Assembly: GCA_951406725.2 (NCBI GenBank) | Contig: OX597820.1 | Location: 15,066,001-15,130,000 of the forward strand | Source: Octopus vulgaris | Taxonomy: Eukaryota | Length of the DNA stretch: 64,000 bases | Direction of reading: 5' to 3' | Part shown: in pieces, positions 40,886 through 55,649 of the stretch | Layout of the letters: the number at the start of each line of letters is the position of its first letter | Position numbering within the stretch: the first letter of the stretch is position 1 | Made by a program: the position numbers and the translations under genes | The notes under the pieces: model-generated | Seen by the model: only the letters and a program-made list of their open reading frames with translations | The model's database searches: none | What the model was told of the DNA's origin: nothing

Positions 40886-40953
40886 CACTGGTTCCCAACA
40901 TGGAGTCCGAGGACCCAGGTAATCTGCAAAAGTAGTACTGGAGGTCCGTGAAG
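40886..40953. mobile_element. Possible hAT MITE terminus
   Basis: CACTGGTTCCCAAC..GGAGTCCGAGGACCC resembles Charlie-type ends; partner end not found. Confidence 0.35.
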
Positions 40954-40963
40954 TAATTCAAAA

Positions 40964-41044
<81 letters not shown>

Positions 41045-41080
41045 AAAAAGGAGATGTGGAACACGAGTTGTGATATATAA

Positions 41081-41152
41081 AAAAAGGAAATGAAGAAAAT
41101 GCTGACAAAATAATTTAAATTATTTTGTCAGCATTTTCTTCATTTCCTTTTT
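41081..41152. repeat. Perfect 72-bp palindrome with no loop
   Basis: AAAAAGGAAATGAAGAAAATGCTGACAAAATAATTT|AAATTATTTTGTCAGCATTTTCTTCATTTCCTTTTT. Confidence 0.95.
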
Positions 41153-41153
41153 A

Positions 41154-41211
<58 letters not shown>

Positions 41212-41216
<5 letters not shown>

Positions 41217-41420
41217 CAAGGACCATATAGTATATACATTAGGGGCGAGCAACCATAAAAGGAAACGCCACCGCAAGACCTTATGGTTCGCTCCCCACTT
41301 CTCCCTAAACGTCCAGACATGCGTAAGATTTTTCTTATGTTGGTTGATAAACATCTCACGCCATCACACAAATATAGAAAGATCTTTAACAAACATAATT
41401 TAAAGCTCTCTTGCAGTTGT
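41212..41420 (+). mobile_element. Penelope-like element coding fragment (RT to GIY-YIG linker), frameshifted
   Basis: KRKRHRKTLWFAPHFSLNVQT / KIFLMLVDKHLTPSHKYRKIFNKHNLKLSCSC matches the recalled PLE motif RKR..IWFNPPFS.NV.T...FL.L.DKHF..H...KIFN..KVSYSC. Confidence 0.8.
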
Positions 41421-41658
41421 GCACCCACTATTATTGCAACCCTTATTTGTTCCATGTACTTCTCAAGATTTTTACTCACTGTTTCCAGGGCTCCAACAAT
41501 TATTGGTACCATACTACCACCTTTTTCATCAACCACAACTGCTTAACTTCCCAAGCTGACCTATTCATATCTATCAACTTTCCTTTCTTCCTTATGGCAT
41601 ACCCTGCTGTCAGCTGAGTATGCTATATCTATGATCCAACACAGTTTGCTGTCTTTCC
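41411..41658 (-). mobile_element. Decayed R4/Dong-like RLE fragment adjoining (TAA)n
   Basis: CWIIDIA...KEERKVDRY...VPIIVGALETVSKNLEKY. Confidence 0.8.
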
Positions 41659-41670
41659 TTATTATTATTA

Positions 41671-41740
<70 letters not shown>

Positions 41741-42398
41741 TGTTATCGTTTTACCTCTCAGAGTGCTCGATCTTGTTTGTTCTGGTAGATTCTGTGAGAA
41801 CGGACAGCACCCTGCTGTTAGAGGTCTCACAGGTCTCTTTCCGGACATTATAAGCGTTGATGTTGATACTTGGTTATTAATTACAGTGGGGGTTTAATTT
41901 TTGATATGCCGGAAAGGTCTTTCATGGCCAAAAGGTGTTTTCTTTTTTTTTTTTTGGTTTATTCAAAATTCATCAGTGAACACGTGGACAAGTTTCTGAC
42001 ATTCTATGCTATTTTCATAGTTTTATTGATTTTTTTTTCATTAAAAAAATTGTCTAAGAAAATGATAAGACTTTCCTATTGAAATTTATACAACGCATAG
42101 CATATATCTTTGCACGTGCGTATGTAGGTACATGCATACATGCATACATACATACCGGCCTTTCATATGCAAATGTGGATCCTTTGGAACCAAAAGAAGA
42201 ATCGTTGGAATATTTTTACAGCTTACATGAATGTGTGGACAAGTACGTTTGTGTGTATGTGTAGACAGTTAGGTTCTAAATTCTCCTGGAAGACCATAAA
42301 GTTTCTGATTTTAATGATCGACATTTTCTCATATGCAAATTTTGTTATCTGCTACGGACCAAATATGAACAACCCGCTGATGGTGGCTATAATTTTGT

Positions 42399-42467
<69 letters not shown>

Positions 42468-42984
42468 CGCAAGCAATACATTATATATGTTCTTTCAAAA
42501 TGGCGTCACTATTCATTTCACGATGAATTTTCGGAATTTACTGAAATAAATTGAATGAACAGTTTTACTGTCTCTTGTGAGGTCTTTCATTTTTCTTTTG
42601 TGCATGCGTGCGCGTGTGTGTGAGCGTGTGTATATGAATGTGTATTTTGTGTTTTTGTGGGGTTTTTTTTCAATGTTTTTTCAATGTTTTTTCTTATAAC
42701 ATTACGCTTTCCTTCTAGTTCTGTTCTGTTCTTTTATGGTTTGTTTATTTATTTTTTCAGGAGGATGCGATGTGTAATTGAAAGGTGAAGCCTGGTTAAG
42801 GCTGATAAGCCGTGAGGCGTTATGCCTGTCGTTAGAAGCTGGAGGTTCAAGAAGAAAGGGACCAGGAGGAAGAAGAGAGAAAGAAGGACTATAAAAAGTG
42901 AGGGGGCGGCTGGCTATAGGTGAAAGGAGGAAGAAAAGAGAACGATATATCTATACATATATCTATATATACATACGTACATAC

Positions 42985-43058
<74 letters not shown>

Positions 43059-43127
43059 GAATATAAATATATATATATCCGCATATATATATATGAATAT
43101 ATATCTATATCTATAAATTCAAATATA

Positions 43128-43335
<208 letters not shown>

Positions 43336-43843
43336 TACATACACACATGCGCGCGCATACATGCATGTGTTGGTAAAACGGAAACCCCGTACGGCGTTGC
43401 GCAATTTATGTACCGCTTCCGTTGACATTCCAGTTATTTTCTCGACCTTCTTGGGGTTATTTTATCCCCTTTCAATGATAGCCGCTAGCTTCATTACGAG
43501 CCAACAAGGCGACCCATTGATATGGTAGATATAGTAGTCAAATTCTTTCGATTCCCATTTTACAGTGTTAGAAAAGAATGTGTCAAATGTTCTTCTTAGT
43601 TCCCTGCGCATAAGAGAAAAAATATATAACGAGTTGGTCGCGACTAGAGCGCTTAGAGAGCGTTTGATTATAGGCTTGCTTGATCAGGGATCGCCTGGGG
43701 TTAAGCGACGCCATTAATAACTTCTGCAAGGTCCCTACATATATTGGAGTTAATAAAAGTGTGTATGTGAATGAGCACACATACGTATGCAAATATGCAT
43801 ATGGGTAGGCATGTGTGTATATGTGTGTGTATGCATGTGTGCA

Positions 43844-43883
<40 letters not shown>

Positions 43884-44262
43884 AGAGAGAGAGAGAGACA
43901 AAACGCGAAAGTGTGTATGTGTGTTTCCATTTCATTAATTCAATCTCTTAGCTTGAAATACCTTAGGGATCAATAAAATAAATGGGAAAAAAATTAAAAA
44001 CTAGCAGATATATACGTACGCACAAAATACACACAGACACGCACACATACACACACGTATGTATGTATATATATGTATCTATGCATGTATGTATGCATAC
44101 TACACTTTGATCTAAACCTTAACGCTGCATATATGTATATGTATATATACTTATATACATATATATATATATATACATATATACGTATATAGGGTATATA
44201 TATGTATGTGTGTATATAATATATATATATATACTAATATATATATATACGCTTAATATATG

Positions 44263-44336
<74 letters not shown>

Positions 44337-44509
44337 TACGTATATAGGGTATATATATGTATGTGTGTATATAATATATATATATATATAAATATATATA
44401 TATATACTCCGACATGCATACAGGCACATACACGCGCGCGAGCGGAGATATACACATGTATCCGAATATATCTTTATATTTATCTACACACACCCAGACG
44501 CTTATGCAT

Positions 44510-44580
<71 letters not shown>

Positions 44581-45008
44581 CATGCGTCTTTCTACATGAA
44601 TCTACTATGTTCCGTAAAGCATGGCTTAACTTCCATTCACGCTAAGATTACTTCCGGTACACGTAATATTAACATGAATGGAAACATAGAATATATGTCC
44701 TGATATAATTTAGCTCGGGGAAAAATAGGATCTCGCCATGTTGATGGATATTTGAAATTTATCTTTATGATTCCGTTATGCATTTTTGGAGGCAAGGTTG
44801 CCATGGAGATTGCTACATATGAATCAATGAATGCAGGGATAATAGACAAGAAAGTGTGGAAGTAGATAATAAAGAAAGAACATAAAGAGGATTAAAGGAA
44901 ATTTAATAGATTAAGATGGTAGACATTTGCGTAGATGGCCACATAGACAGCGAGTTAGGTAGATAGACAGACAGACGGACAGATACACAGACAGACAGGT
45001 ATACAAGC

Positions 45009-45083
<75 letters not shown>

Positions 45084-45288
45084 CATACGTACATACGTAC
45101 ATGCATGCATATATATATGCAAGAATACATACGTATGATATGTATGTGTGTGTGTAAATATATATATACACACACACAGACACATATATAATTGCATGTA
45201 TGTATGTACGTATGTATGTACGTATGTATGTATGTATGTATGTACGTATGTATGTATGTATGTATGTATGTATGTATGTATGTATGTG

Positions 45289-45319
<31 letters not shown>

Positions 45320-45894
45320 ATATATATACATACATACATACATACATACATACATACGCTGAATAGAAGATATTAAAAAGTTGGGCGAAGGAAAATACTC
45401 GAAAGAACGATGATAAAAGAAAGCAACGAAGAAGGAATGAAAAAGGAAGGAGAAGGAGAAAAGGAAATGGAAGAAAGGGAGAGAGGATTAAAAAGCCATA
45501 ACTTAACATATAAACATCAGCTTAAATATGATATCATCAAGCTTTTGACGTTCATATGGGAACTTCGGATAATTAAGTGCATTTAGGTATATCTAGGTGC
45601 ACATTAATTACTTACAGACACACGTATATCATACGCATGAAAATTTCAATATGCAAACTCGCATATACCCCACATGCGAGTTGTGTGAATTGGCAAACGA
45701 AATAAAGTGGCGCTCAGTACATTTTAATAACAGTTTGACTCAGCTCCCAATATCTGATGAGATGTGTCCGTCTTACATGTCCACGAAACTTTAAGTCATA
45801 TGAAGCTGGGTCAAACTTTATTAAAAATTATAGAGACAGATATATTAGATAGACAAATGAATAGACAGATAGATAAATAGATACGTAGATAGAT

Positions 45895-45964
<70 letters not shown>

Positions 45965-46013
45965 CTTTCTTTATTGGCCACACAGTGCTGAACACAGAGG
46001 GGACAAATACAAA

Positions 46014-46425
46014 TTACTCTTTACTCTTTTACTTGTTTCAGTCATTTGACTGCGGCCATGCTGGAGCACCGCCTTTAGTCGAGCAAATCGACCCCGGGAC
46101 TTATTCTTTGTAAGCCCAGTACTTATTCTATCGGTCTCTTTTGCCGAACCGCTAAGTTACGGGGACGTAAACACACCACCATCGGTTGTCAAGCAATGCT
46201 AGGGGGACAAAGACAGACACACAAACACATACACACACACATATATATATATACATATATACGACAGACTTCCCTCAGTTTCCGTCTACCAAATCCACTC
46301 ACAAGGCATTGGTCGGCCCGGGGCTATAGCAGAAGACACTTGCCCAAGATGCCACGCAGTGGGACTGAACCCGGAACCATGTGGTTGGTTAGCAAGCTAC
46401 TTACCACACAGCCACTCCTGCGCCT
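46014..46425 (-). mobile_element. SINE family A, full length (preceded by a family B tail at 45965-46008)
   Basis: Homology to family A. Confidence 0.92.
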
Positions 46426-46655
46426 GTAGAGCTTTTCTTTTCGAAAATGAAAAAGAAAAAGGAAAGAAAGAGAACAAATGTAAAATTTCGATCAAAAGGG
46501 ATCGGGAAAAAGATGCGATCAAAAGGGATCGTGTATCACAGAAGAAAATTTTAAAAAGTAAGAAGGAAGATTACGTTTATCTGTGGAAAGAAAAGCCTAC
46601 GGAAAAGACCGCGGTAACCTCGGGCAGGGAAGAAATAAACACATGAGAGCAAAAT

Positions 46656-46699
<44 letters not shown>

Positions 46700-47312
46700 T
46701 CTCTCACTCTCTCTATCTATCTATCTTTTACGATTTACAGATTTACAAGTGGCTTCGTCGCTTGCACGCACCATCTTTGCTACAGTCACCCACCTTTTTT
46801 TTTTAAAAACTTTCACGAGACAAAACCTGCCTCTCCAGTCTCACCTTCCTTTTCAAGTGGTACATGAAAAAGTTAATGAGCGATTGGCCAGACAAGTAAG
46901 TGTTTGTCTCTAATCCCTTCGCTCGAGTCCACCACACACATTATTTCACCACGGCCACTAGTACGATGACGACTGCCTTGCCTTCTAATTACCTCGTAAT
47001 GATAATAAAGAATGGAGGACCATGATGCGACGATCAGAACGCGTTTTATTATTATAAGCCTACGGTAGTATGGCTGACCTATGTTGTTGTTCAGTGATAA
47101 CAATAACAACAACAACGACCACGACCACGATGGCAACAACACCAACAGTAATGCACCAATCTACTTAAATGTAATTTCCATTTGCTGGCACTAGATTTAG
47201 TCAAAGACAAACCCCAAATCTCTACAAAACACTCCGTATTCCTGTCACGTATCACAACTCCAAAGCCTCTCCATAATGCTGTTCACATCGATAATAGCTG
47301 CAACAACAACAA

Positions 47313-47350
<38 letters not shown>

Positions 47351-47544
47351 ACAATAATTACAGTAGCGAGAAATCAGACGGAAACAGATTGTAAGAAATT
47401 CGCCATGAATATAGCGGCAAAGAGCTTCCGGTTTTTCTGCGGTGAACAAGTCCGACGTTGTTTCGGAACAAGGAGCTTAATGAAGTTTAGTGTTGAGAGG
47501 AGATTGGTGTGTGCGGAGGGTAGGGGGGGGGTGGCAAAGATGTA

Positions 47545-47806
47545 TCGATAATGGTGTTGGTGGTGGTGATGGTGGGGGGGATGGTATTGGTATTACTGTT
47601 GCCGTTATTGTTAAACATAGCAGTATAGGCGAACGTATTTCGTGGTAGACTGGCCAATATGGTGATGGTATTGGTAGTGACGGTAGTGGTGGTGGTGGTG
47701 GTGGTGGTTGTGGTGGTGGTGGTGGTGGTTGTGGTGGTGGTGGTGGTGGTGGAGGTTGTCATCGTCGTCGTCGTCGTCTTAGTAGTAGTAGTAATAGTAA
47801 TAGTAA

Positions 47807-47854
<48 letters not shown>

Positions 47855-48220
47855 CAGTAGTAGAGTTAGATGGTGGATGTGATGGTAGTGACGGTGGTGG
47901 TGGTGGAGGTCGTCATCTTAGTAGTAGTAGTAGTAGTAGTAGTAGTAGAGTTAGATGGTGGTGATGGTGGAGGTGGTGATTGCGGAGGGTAGTAGTGGCG
48001 GTGATCGAAGTGGTGGTGGTGGTGGTGGTCGTCGTCGTCGTAGTAGTAGTAGTAGTAGTAGAGTTAGATGGTGGATGTGGTGGTGGAAGTGGTGGTAGAG
48101 GAGGGTTGGTAAAGAAGGTGGTAGTTGTACTGGTAGAGGTGTGAGCGATGCTGGTGGTAGTAGTGGTGGTGGAAGTGGTGGTGGTGATGGTGGCGGTGGT
48201 GATGGTGGTTGTAGTGGTGA
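47545..48220. repeat. Compound (GGT)n/(AGT)n/(CGT)n trinucleotide block
   Basis: Direct inspection; internal repetition of GTAGAGTTAGATGGTGG. Confidence 0.9.
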
Positions 48221-48405
48221 AAACGTGTGCGTTTAGGTGAAACTGCATATCCGATAGAGCACCACACTAAATCATTTAAATTATTTAACCCACTGCGTTC
48301 GGAATTAAAACCAAATCGAGGCCACCTTTACCTTTTATCTCTTCCGTGATGTCTACACGTTTTGTGTGTGTGCGTTTGCGCGTGCCTTCGTGCGAGCGTG
48401 TATGT

Positions 48406-48467
<62 letters not shown>

Positions 48468-48500
48468 ATCTATCTATCTGTCTATCTATCTATCTGTCTA

Positions 48501-48534
<34 letters not shown>

Positions 48535-48586
48535 CGTTCGTCTGTCTGTCTATCTATCAATCTATCAATCTATCTATATCTATCTA

Positions 48587-48725
<139 letters not shown>

Positions 48726-49262
48726 GTCTATCTATCTATCCATCGACGCGCGCGCGCAGACACACACACAAACACACACGCACAAACGCACATATACACA
48801 ATACAAACACTAATCATATTTAATATAAATATACCGTGAAAAAGCAAAATGCTGTTTCTGTTGCATATCATGACTTTTTATTCAGCCAGGCGGCTAATTG
48901 CAGCACCAGTGATTGCTTCATCACTCTTTTATTATATCGGTACTGATGGATATCGTCTTGGTATGCGGCTGGCATTGACAGTGACTACATGTTACTGACA
49001 AAGCTGAACGAAGCAAAAATGCGCATCCAGCATTCTCATCTGCCGCTGCCGGACAATTTTCGTCAGTTACCGAAATAGTCGGTATTTAAACAAAGTACTT
49101 CCATAAAAGATACTAACTTTGGACGGATACTCATTCCTCTTGATGGACTGGGATTTTACAAGGGGGTAGAAAATGTCGAGAGAGAGAGATTATGGGAGAC
49201 TGTTTTTTTTAATCGTAATATTTGTAAGATATATAGCATTTAATCCAGATAAAATACTTATA

Positions 49263-50852
49263 TTTGGTTGGAAAGAAAGTCCTGTTGCATTTCAAGATAG
49301 GAAACAAATAAACGGTTCAGTGACCTTAACTAATATCCTTACTCAATCTTATATTTCCCTTCATTATTGATAGCATAATCCCATCTATTTGGCAAATCGT
49401 TGATTCCTGAGGCATAAAATTCTTCAGATCTCGAAGCAAAAAAACACATGACATTTTAAACCGCTTTACAATTAATAAATTGGTTGTATACTGTCACCTT
49501 AACGTGACAGTCCCGTAAAGGGAATTACACCACCGCTATTTAGCCCTAGGAAGCATCGACACTTCCTGTCGGCCTTGACACATTTCCTGTGTCCTTATAT
49601 ATTTACGAAGGGGAGACAAGCACCCCCAACATGTGTCAAGGCCGACAGGAAGCGTCGATGCTTCCTAGGGCTAAATAGCGGTGGTGTAATTCCCTTTACG
49701 GGACTGTCACGTTAAGTTGACAGTATACAACCACTCTATCGCTCCACCACCCACATATCTCTCTGAAATATTTAGAAATTTAATATTTCTAATTAATAAA
49801 TTGTTTTGCATCTAAATAAATATTGCAACGATCTGAAAAGATGAGAGTCAGATGAAGCGAGGTCAGAGAGAATAAGACGGATGAGGCAACACTTCTATAT
49901 TTAAACCTTTATCTTTTCCTGGATGACTTTGGCAACCTGTCTTGTAATGTTGCATTATCGTGCAATAGCCTCACCCATTTACGATTGACCGATGAAAGTC
50001 ACATTTTCTGCAAACTTTTGTGCGCTGCTTTCAACCGACGACAATTCTTCTCCGCATTAACTGCTTCGTTTTGCTTTAATATTTGCTAATAGATGGCACC
50101 CTTTATATCCCAACAAACCCAACATAATTCCTTTTTCCGAGTGCAGTCTCGGTTTTCGGATGGGGTTCTCCTTCTCCATACGATGCTAAGTATTGCCGTT
50201 TCGATAGGACATGATTATAAAGTACCCACTTTTCATCATTTGTGATGATTCTAATTAAGAAAGGTTTGATAGCAAGTCTATTCTTCAATGACGGGTGAAG
50301 GACAACTCTTTGATTAAGCCAAGAAACGATCAGATGATGAAGGACTCACTGACCAAAATTTAGACGCCTTTTCCTAGTTCATGAAGATGTTTTATGATCA
50401 AAGTACGACTTGAATTGGACTGTTTTTCTAATTCTCGTGCAATTTGCTTTGGATTTACCTCAGCTACGGTTTTCGGAAGCTCGATGCCAACAGAACTTGG
50501 CCGTACAGATCGAGAAGAATCTTTGAACAAAAAATTTTCTGAGCGGAATTGGCCGAACCATCGTTGGCATATCTGGATGTTTAACGGTTTATATCTATAG
50601 ACAGAACGAATATTTCTTACCTCTTCCATTACGGAAGAGCTCCTTTTGAATTCATACAGCATACCGTGTCTGATACGAATCTGATTTAAACTCATTTTTA
50701 AAAAGAGAAAATCGATATGAATTTAACCATGTGAAGAAAGAAGAAAAAAAGAAACAGAATATAAAAATTAATTCTTCATTTACCATAAGTATTAAAAAGT
50801 ACCTTCAACGCGAACGTGTCAAAAATGTAACAGGACTTTTATTCAAAACTAA
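49263..50852 (-). mobile_element. Decayed full-length mariner interrupted by a fold-back insertion
   Basis: Imperfect TIRs TTTGGTTGGAAAGAAAGTCCTGTTGCATTT / TTAGTTTTGAATAAAAGTCCTGTTACATTT with TA flanks. Transposase motifs RHGMLYEF, ITNDEKW, HDNA, LPHPSYS.DLA.SD.HLFRSLQ, FYASGINDLPNRW. About 1.27 kb after removing the insert. Confidence 0.92.
49483..49790. mobile_element. Fold-back insertion (103-bp arms, 47-nt loop, 3' extension) with 13-bp TSD
   Basis: 49481-49583 vs 49631-49733 (2 mismatches seen). AATTAATAAATTG is duplicated at 49470-49482 and 49791-49803. Confidence 0.88.
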
Positions 50853-50992
50853 TATTTCAAACATATTTTCAAAAAAATCTTTGTTGAGATTAGATTATGC
50901 CTAGGGCTTTATGTTAACAGTGAGCAAAAACATTACTGGTGATGCACCAAGGTCTGGTATAATTTCATTATATAAATCCTCGAGTTCTTTAG

Positions 50993-51053
50993 TTATTTTA
51001 TTCTTATGCTTCTTTCGGTCATTTGACTGCGGTCTTGCTGGAGCACCACCTTT
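50993..51053 (-). mobile_element. SINE family A 3' end
   Basis: GTCATTTGACTGCGGTCTTGCTGGAGCACCACCTT. Confidence 0.7.
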
Positions 51054-51272
51054 TATTAAACAAGTTTTAATTTGGAGAAACTAAATATATTTTTTTCAAA
51101 AAATGGGACAATTGCTGGATGGGACAATACATAGAAAATAGAGCAACACTTAAAATTAGCTGGTGTTTGATTAAAATAATTTACTGTTGAAGGTGGCGAA
51201 CATGGAGGAAACAAAACATAGAAAAGGGTGATTGTAAAGTGCCATGTGGAAAAGAGGGAGCTGAGCTATAAA

Positions 51273-51442
51273 AGGCGTAGGAGTGGCTGTGTGGTAAGTA
51301 GCTTGCTTACCAACCACGTTGTTTCGGGTTCAGTCCCACTGCGTAGCACCTTGGGCAAGTGTCTTCTTCTATAGCCTCGGGCCAACCAAAGCCTTGTGAG
51401 TGGAATTGGTTGACGGAAACTGAGAGAAGCTCGTCGTATATA

Positions 51443-51502
<60 letters not shown>

Positions 51503-51716
51503 CGTGTGTGTCTGTGTTTGTGTTTGTTCCCCCAACATCGCTTGACAACCGATGCTGGTGTGTTTACGTCCCCGTAACTTAGCGGTTCGGCAAGAGACCG
51601 ATAGAATAAGTACTAGGCTTAGAAAGAATAAGTCCCGGGGTCGATTTGCTCGACCAAAGGCGGTGCTCCAGCATGGCCACAGTCAAATGACTGAAACAAG
51701 TAAAAGACTAAAAAAG
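51273..51716 (+). mobile_element. SINE family A, full length
   Basis: Homology to family A. Confidence 0.92.
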
Positions 51717-51733
51717 TAACCATTACTCTAGAT

Positions 51734-51799
51734 CAGCGATTTTCAAACTTTTTTGTCGCGACCCACTAAAGGGTCGGACCCACAGTTTGAAAAACGCTG
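51734..51799. mobile_element. 66-bp hAT (Charlie-like) MITE
   Basis: TIRs CAGCGATTTTCAAACT / AGTTTGAAAAACGCTG; 8-bp TSD CTCTA(G/T)AT. Confidence 0.85.
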
Positions 51800-52193
51800 C
51801 TCTATATGAAATCAATAATTAAAAAAAAAAGAAAAAGAAGTACCGGGCATGTACTTGAGTAATTCAGTAGATAGTTACGCACTAATGCACTATTACAAAT
51901 CAGTTGTTCTCTCGACAGAGTAGGGAAACCCAAACCGTAAGAGGTGAGTCGGGTGGGGGTTGTAGTTTGAGTTATAAAGTTTTACAGGAGTGTTGCTATT
52001 GCTTGTCGTTGGTTGTGGAGGTAGTGGTGGTGGAGGCGCTGATGTCGCCGGCGGTGGTGACGGGAGTGGGAGTGGTGATGGTGGCGGTGATGGTGGTGGT
52101 AGTGGTGGTGGTGGTGGTTTTGATGGTGTTTAGTAGGTGGATGAATTTGTAAAGATTTAAGTTGTGGGAGGCCGTCGCTACTTAGGTTTAGTT

Positions 52194-52225
<32 letters not shown>

Positions 52226-52302
52226 AGGAAAGAAAGGAAAATAGAAAGACACAAAGAAAGAAGGGAGGAAAGAAAGAGAGAAAGAAAGAAAGAAAGAAAG
52301 GG

Positions 52303-52357
<55 letters not shown>

Positions 52358-52491
52358 GCAAATGATTGAAAGGATGGTAATTAAGAAAAGGGAAAAGCAA
52401 GCCAAAGAAATGCTTGCAGACAAGCTTTCGGCAACATCTGTTTCCCGAAAATGTCGATACCATGGCAACGGAATCACAGTTGTATTTGTTG

Positions 52492-52523
<32 letters not shown>

Positions 52524-52998
52524 GTTAGGCACGCGCCAACATCTGTTTTGGCTGTTAAAGTCTTTACTCTTACATTCCACACGTGCACCCCCCCACCCTT
52601 CCTCCTTCACACATTCGTGTACATTGCCTCCCCCTCTCTCTGTCTCGCTGTCTCCCTCTCTCTCTTCCCCTCTCTCTCTCTCTCTCTCTACCTATCTATC
52701 TATCTATCTCTATTTATCCAGTGTACACACACGCACATTCGCGCGCAGACACACACGAGCGAGTATAAGCACAAGCTCGCGCACACGCCCCCACCCCCCA
52801 CGAAACACGTCCTCTGACATCACCACCCAACAGGCACTCCATCACCCCCCACCTCTATACGTGAAGGCATGAAATCTCATACACCCTCCCCTGTCTATCC
52901 TCACACACCATCTCTCTTCTTTCTTCCTTTTCTCCCCCTCTCTCACTTTAATGCACGCACACATATATCTTTATACATGTGTGTGTAAGTATTTATAT

Positions 52999-53046
<48 letters not shown>

Positions 53047-53069
53047 ATGTTTCATGCACACAACTCTGT

Positions 53070-53215
53070 TAGCAGACACATACATATGCACGCAAACACA
53101 TAACTATACACACACACATACACATCACAGAACACACCACGCGCACACACACGCACAACACACCACACACCACATAAACACACACGCCACACAAGCACAT
53201 ACAATCACACACATA

Positions 53216-53252
<37 letters not shown>

Positions 53253-53805
53253 ACACACACCACACACACACATACACACACACAAACACACACACACACA
53301 CACACATACACATCACAGAAACATACATACACAGGACACACACACACACACACGTGCACAACATACAACATACGCTTAACACCACACGCATACACACACC
53401 ACACACATACACACACCACACACACCACACACACCACACACACACCACACACATACACACACCACACGCACACACACACACACACACACACCACACACAT
53501 ACACACACCACACACATGCACATACCACACACACCACACAAGCACATACAAGCACACACACGCATACACACACACATACACATCACAAATATATATACAC
53601 AGGACACACCACACACACACACACATGCACACACACAAATGCACACACACATACGCACAACACACCACATACGCATTAACACCACACACACACACCACAC
53701 ACGCCACACAAGCACATACAGGCGCACACATACCGCGCGCGCATACACACACACACACACATACCGCACACGTACACACACACACACACACACACGTACG
53801 CACAA
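53070..53805. repeat. Degenerate (CA)n low-complexity tract
   Basis: Direct inspection; a similar tract lies at 36620-37160. Confidence 0.9.
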
Positions 53806-54297
53806 CAGTTATATAAACACAAATTCAAAGCCGTCTCCCCGCACCACACGGCTGTTTCAACCGGTTTGACTGGATAAACATACAATATTTGCATGTAATA
53901 CAAAAACAAAAAATATAGTAAAAATACATAATAAAATAAACAGAAATAATATAAAATAAAATAAAAAAGAAAAAGAAGGCTCAAGCTTGAAACCGGATCC
54001 GTCGGGCTCTCGTTCATGGCACGCGCCAGTCTGGAAGTCGGGCGTAGAGTTTTTATCGTTCGTGTGCCGAGGGAGGTGGATTGTAACGTCTTTAGTAGGG
54101 CCTTTGTGAAAGAAATAAGTACGTTTAGACGTCTGTAGTCTATATATGGGTATTAAATAGAGAAAATGCAAAAAGAAAGAGAGACAGAGAGACAGAGAGA
54201 GAGGGGGAAATGAGTTGGTGGGTAGCTAAGTTAAAGTTACTCTGCCACAAAAATTTGAGGAGATAAAACGCTTACATAATATATATATATATATTTT

Positions 54298-54541
54298 GTA
54301 AACACACCAGCATCGGTTGTCAGGTGATGTTGGGGGACAAATACAGACACACAAACACACACATATAGACATATATACGACGGGCTTCTTTCAGTTTCCG
54401 TCTACCAGATCCACTCACAAGGCTTTGGTCGGCCCGAGGCTATAGTAGAAGACACTTGCCCAAGGTACCACGCAGTGGGACTGAACCCGGAACCATGTGG
54501 TTGGTAAGCAAGCTACTTACTACACAGCCACTCCTGCGCCT
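54298..54541 (-). mobile_element. SINE family A, 5' two-thirds
   Basis: Homology to family A. Confidence 0.88.
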
Positions 54542-54542
54542 A

Positions 54543-54613
<71 letters not shown>

Positions 54614-55649
54614 ATAAACTTACTTGGAAATGGATGCGTGGCGTTAAATCAAATAATAATCTAAATAATATATATATATGCATATATATATATATCTCTT
54701 ATTATAAAAGGCAGATTTTATCTGCCTCCCTTTGTCAGTTATAGAAATCTACAATATAGGATTTCTTCAATTACAATTTACTTAGCATTTTTAAGAGTAG
54801 AATGCATCGGGTTTTGCCAGGTCCACTTTTTAAAATTTAAACTCCAATTAAGCAAAATTTACAGAAAACTCACATTCTGGTGTGTATGTCAAATGCTTTT
54901 CTTAATGTGTTTTACACCACACGCACACGCACACACAGTGTGCAACGAATAAAATGAAAGTAATTCACCTTTTGTAGTGAGTGACTCTTTCAGTCTGCCA
55001 CTTCCTCTTTACACACATAGACACGCAAATATATAAATGAAATTGTAAGCTAACGTGCGTGTGTGTGAGTGTGTGTGTGCGTGTGTGTGTGTGTGTGAGG
55101 GTGCGTGTGTGTGTGTGTGTGTGTGTGTGCGTGCGTGTGCGTGAGTGTGTGACAGGAAAGTATTTTAGGACGAATATAAGACCTATATCGGCGATGTTTC
55201 GCTTGTCGTAGCACAGGTTTCCGTCGATTTCCGTAAAAAACTTTATTTTTTTACATAAGTAATGAGAGCGAAAGAGACTAAGAGAAAGCGATTGTATGAC
55301 GAGGGAAGTTCTTTTGAAGTTACCGTGCATGGGACGCATTGATGTACATGTGTGTGTGTGTGTGTGTTTGATGGAGTGTGGGAGACAGACAGTATGTTGT
55401 GTAAGTGAAGTGCTTCTGTTAGTGTGTGTGTGAAGAGACAGAGAGAGTAATGTGTGAAAGAGAGAGATAACTGAAATTTTTACTCGGTTTATGTGTATAT
55501 GTATGTATGCATGTATGTGTGTGTGTGTGTGTGTGTATGTATGTGTGTGTGTATGTATGTATGTATGTATGGCCGATTCAGTGTTTACATTTTTTACGGA
55601 AATCGACGGAAACGTGTGCTACGACAAGCGAAACATCGCCCCTATATCC

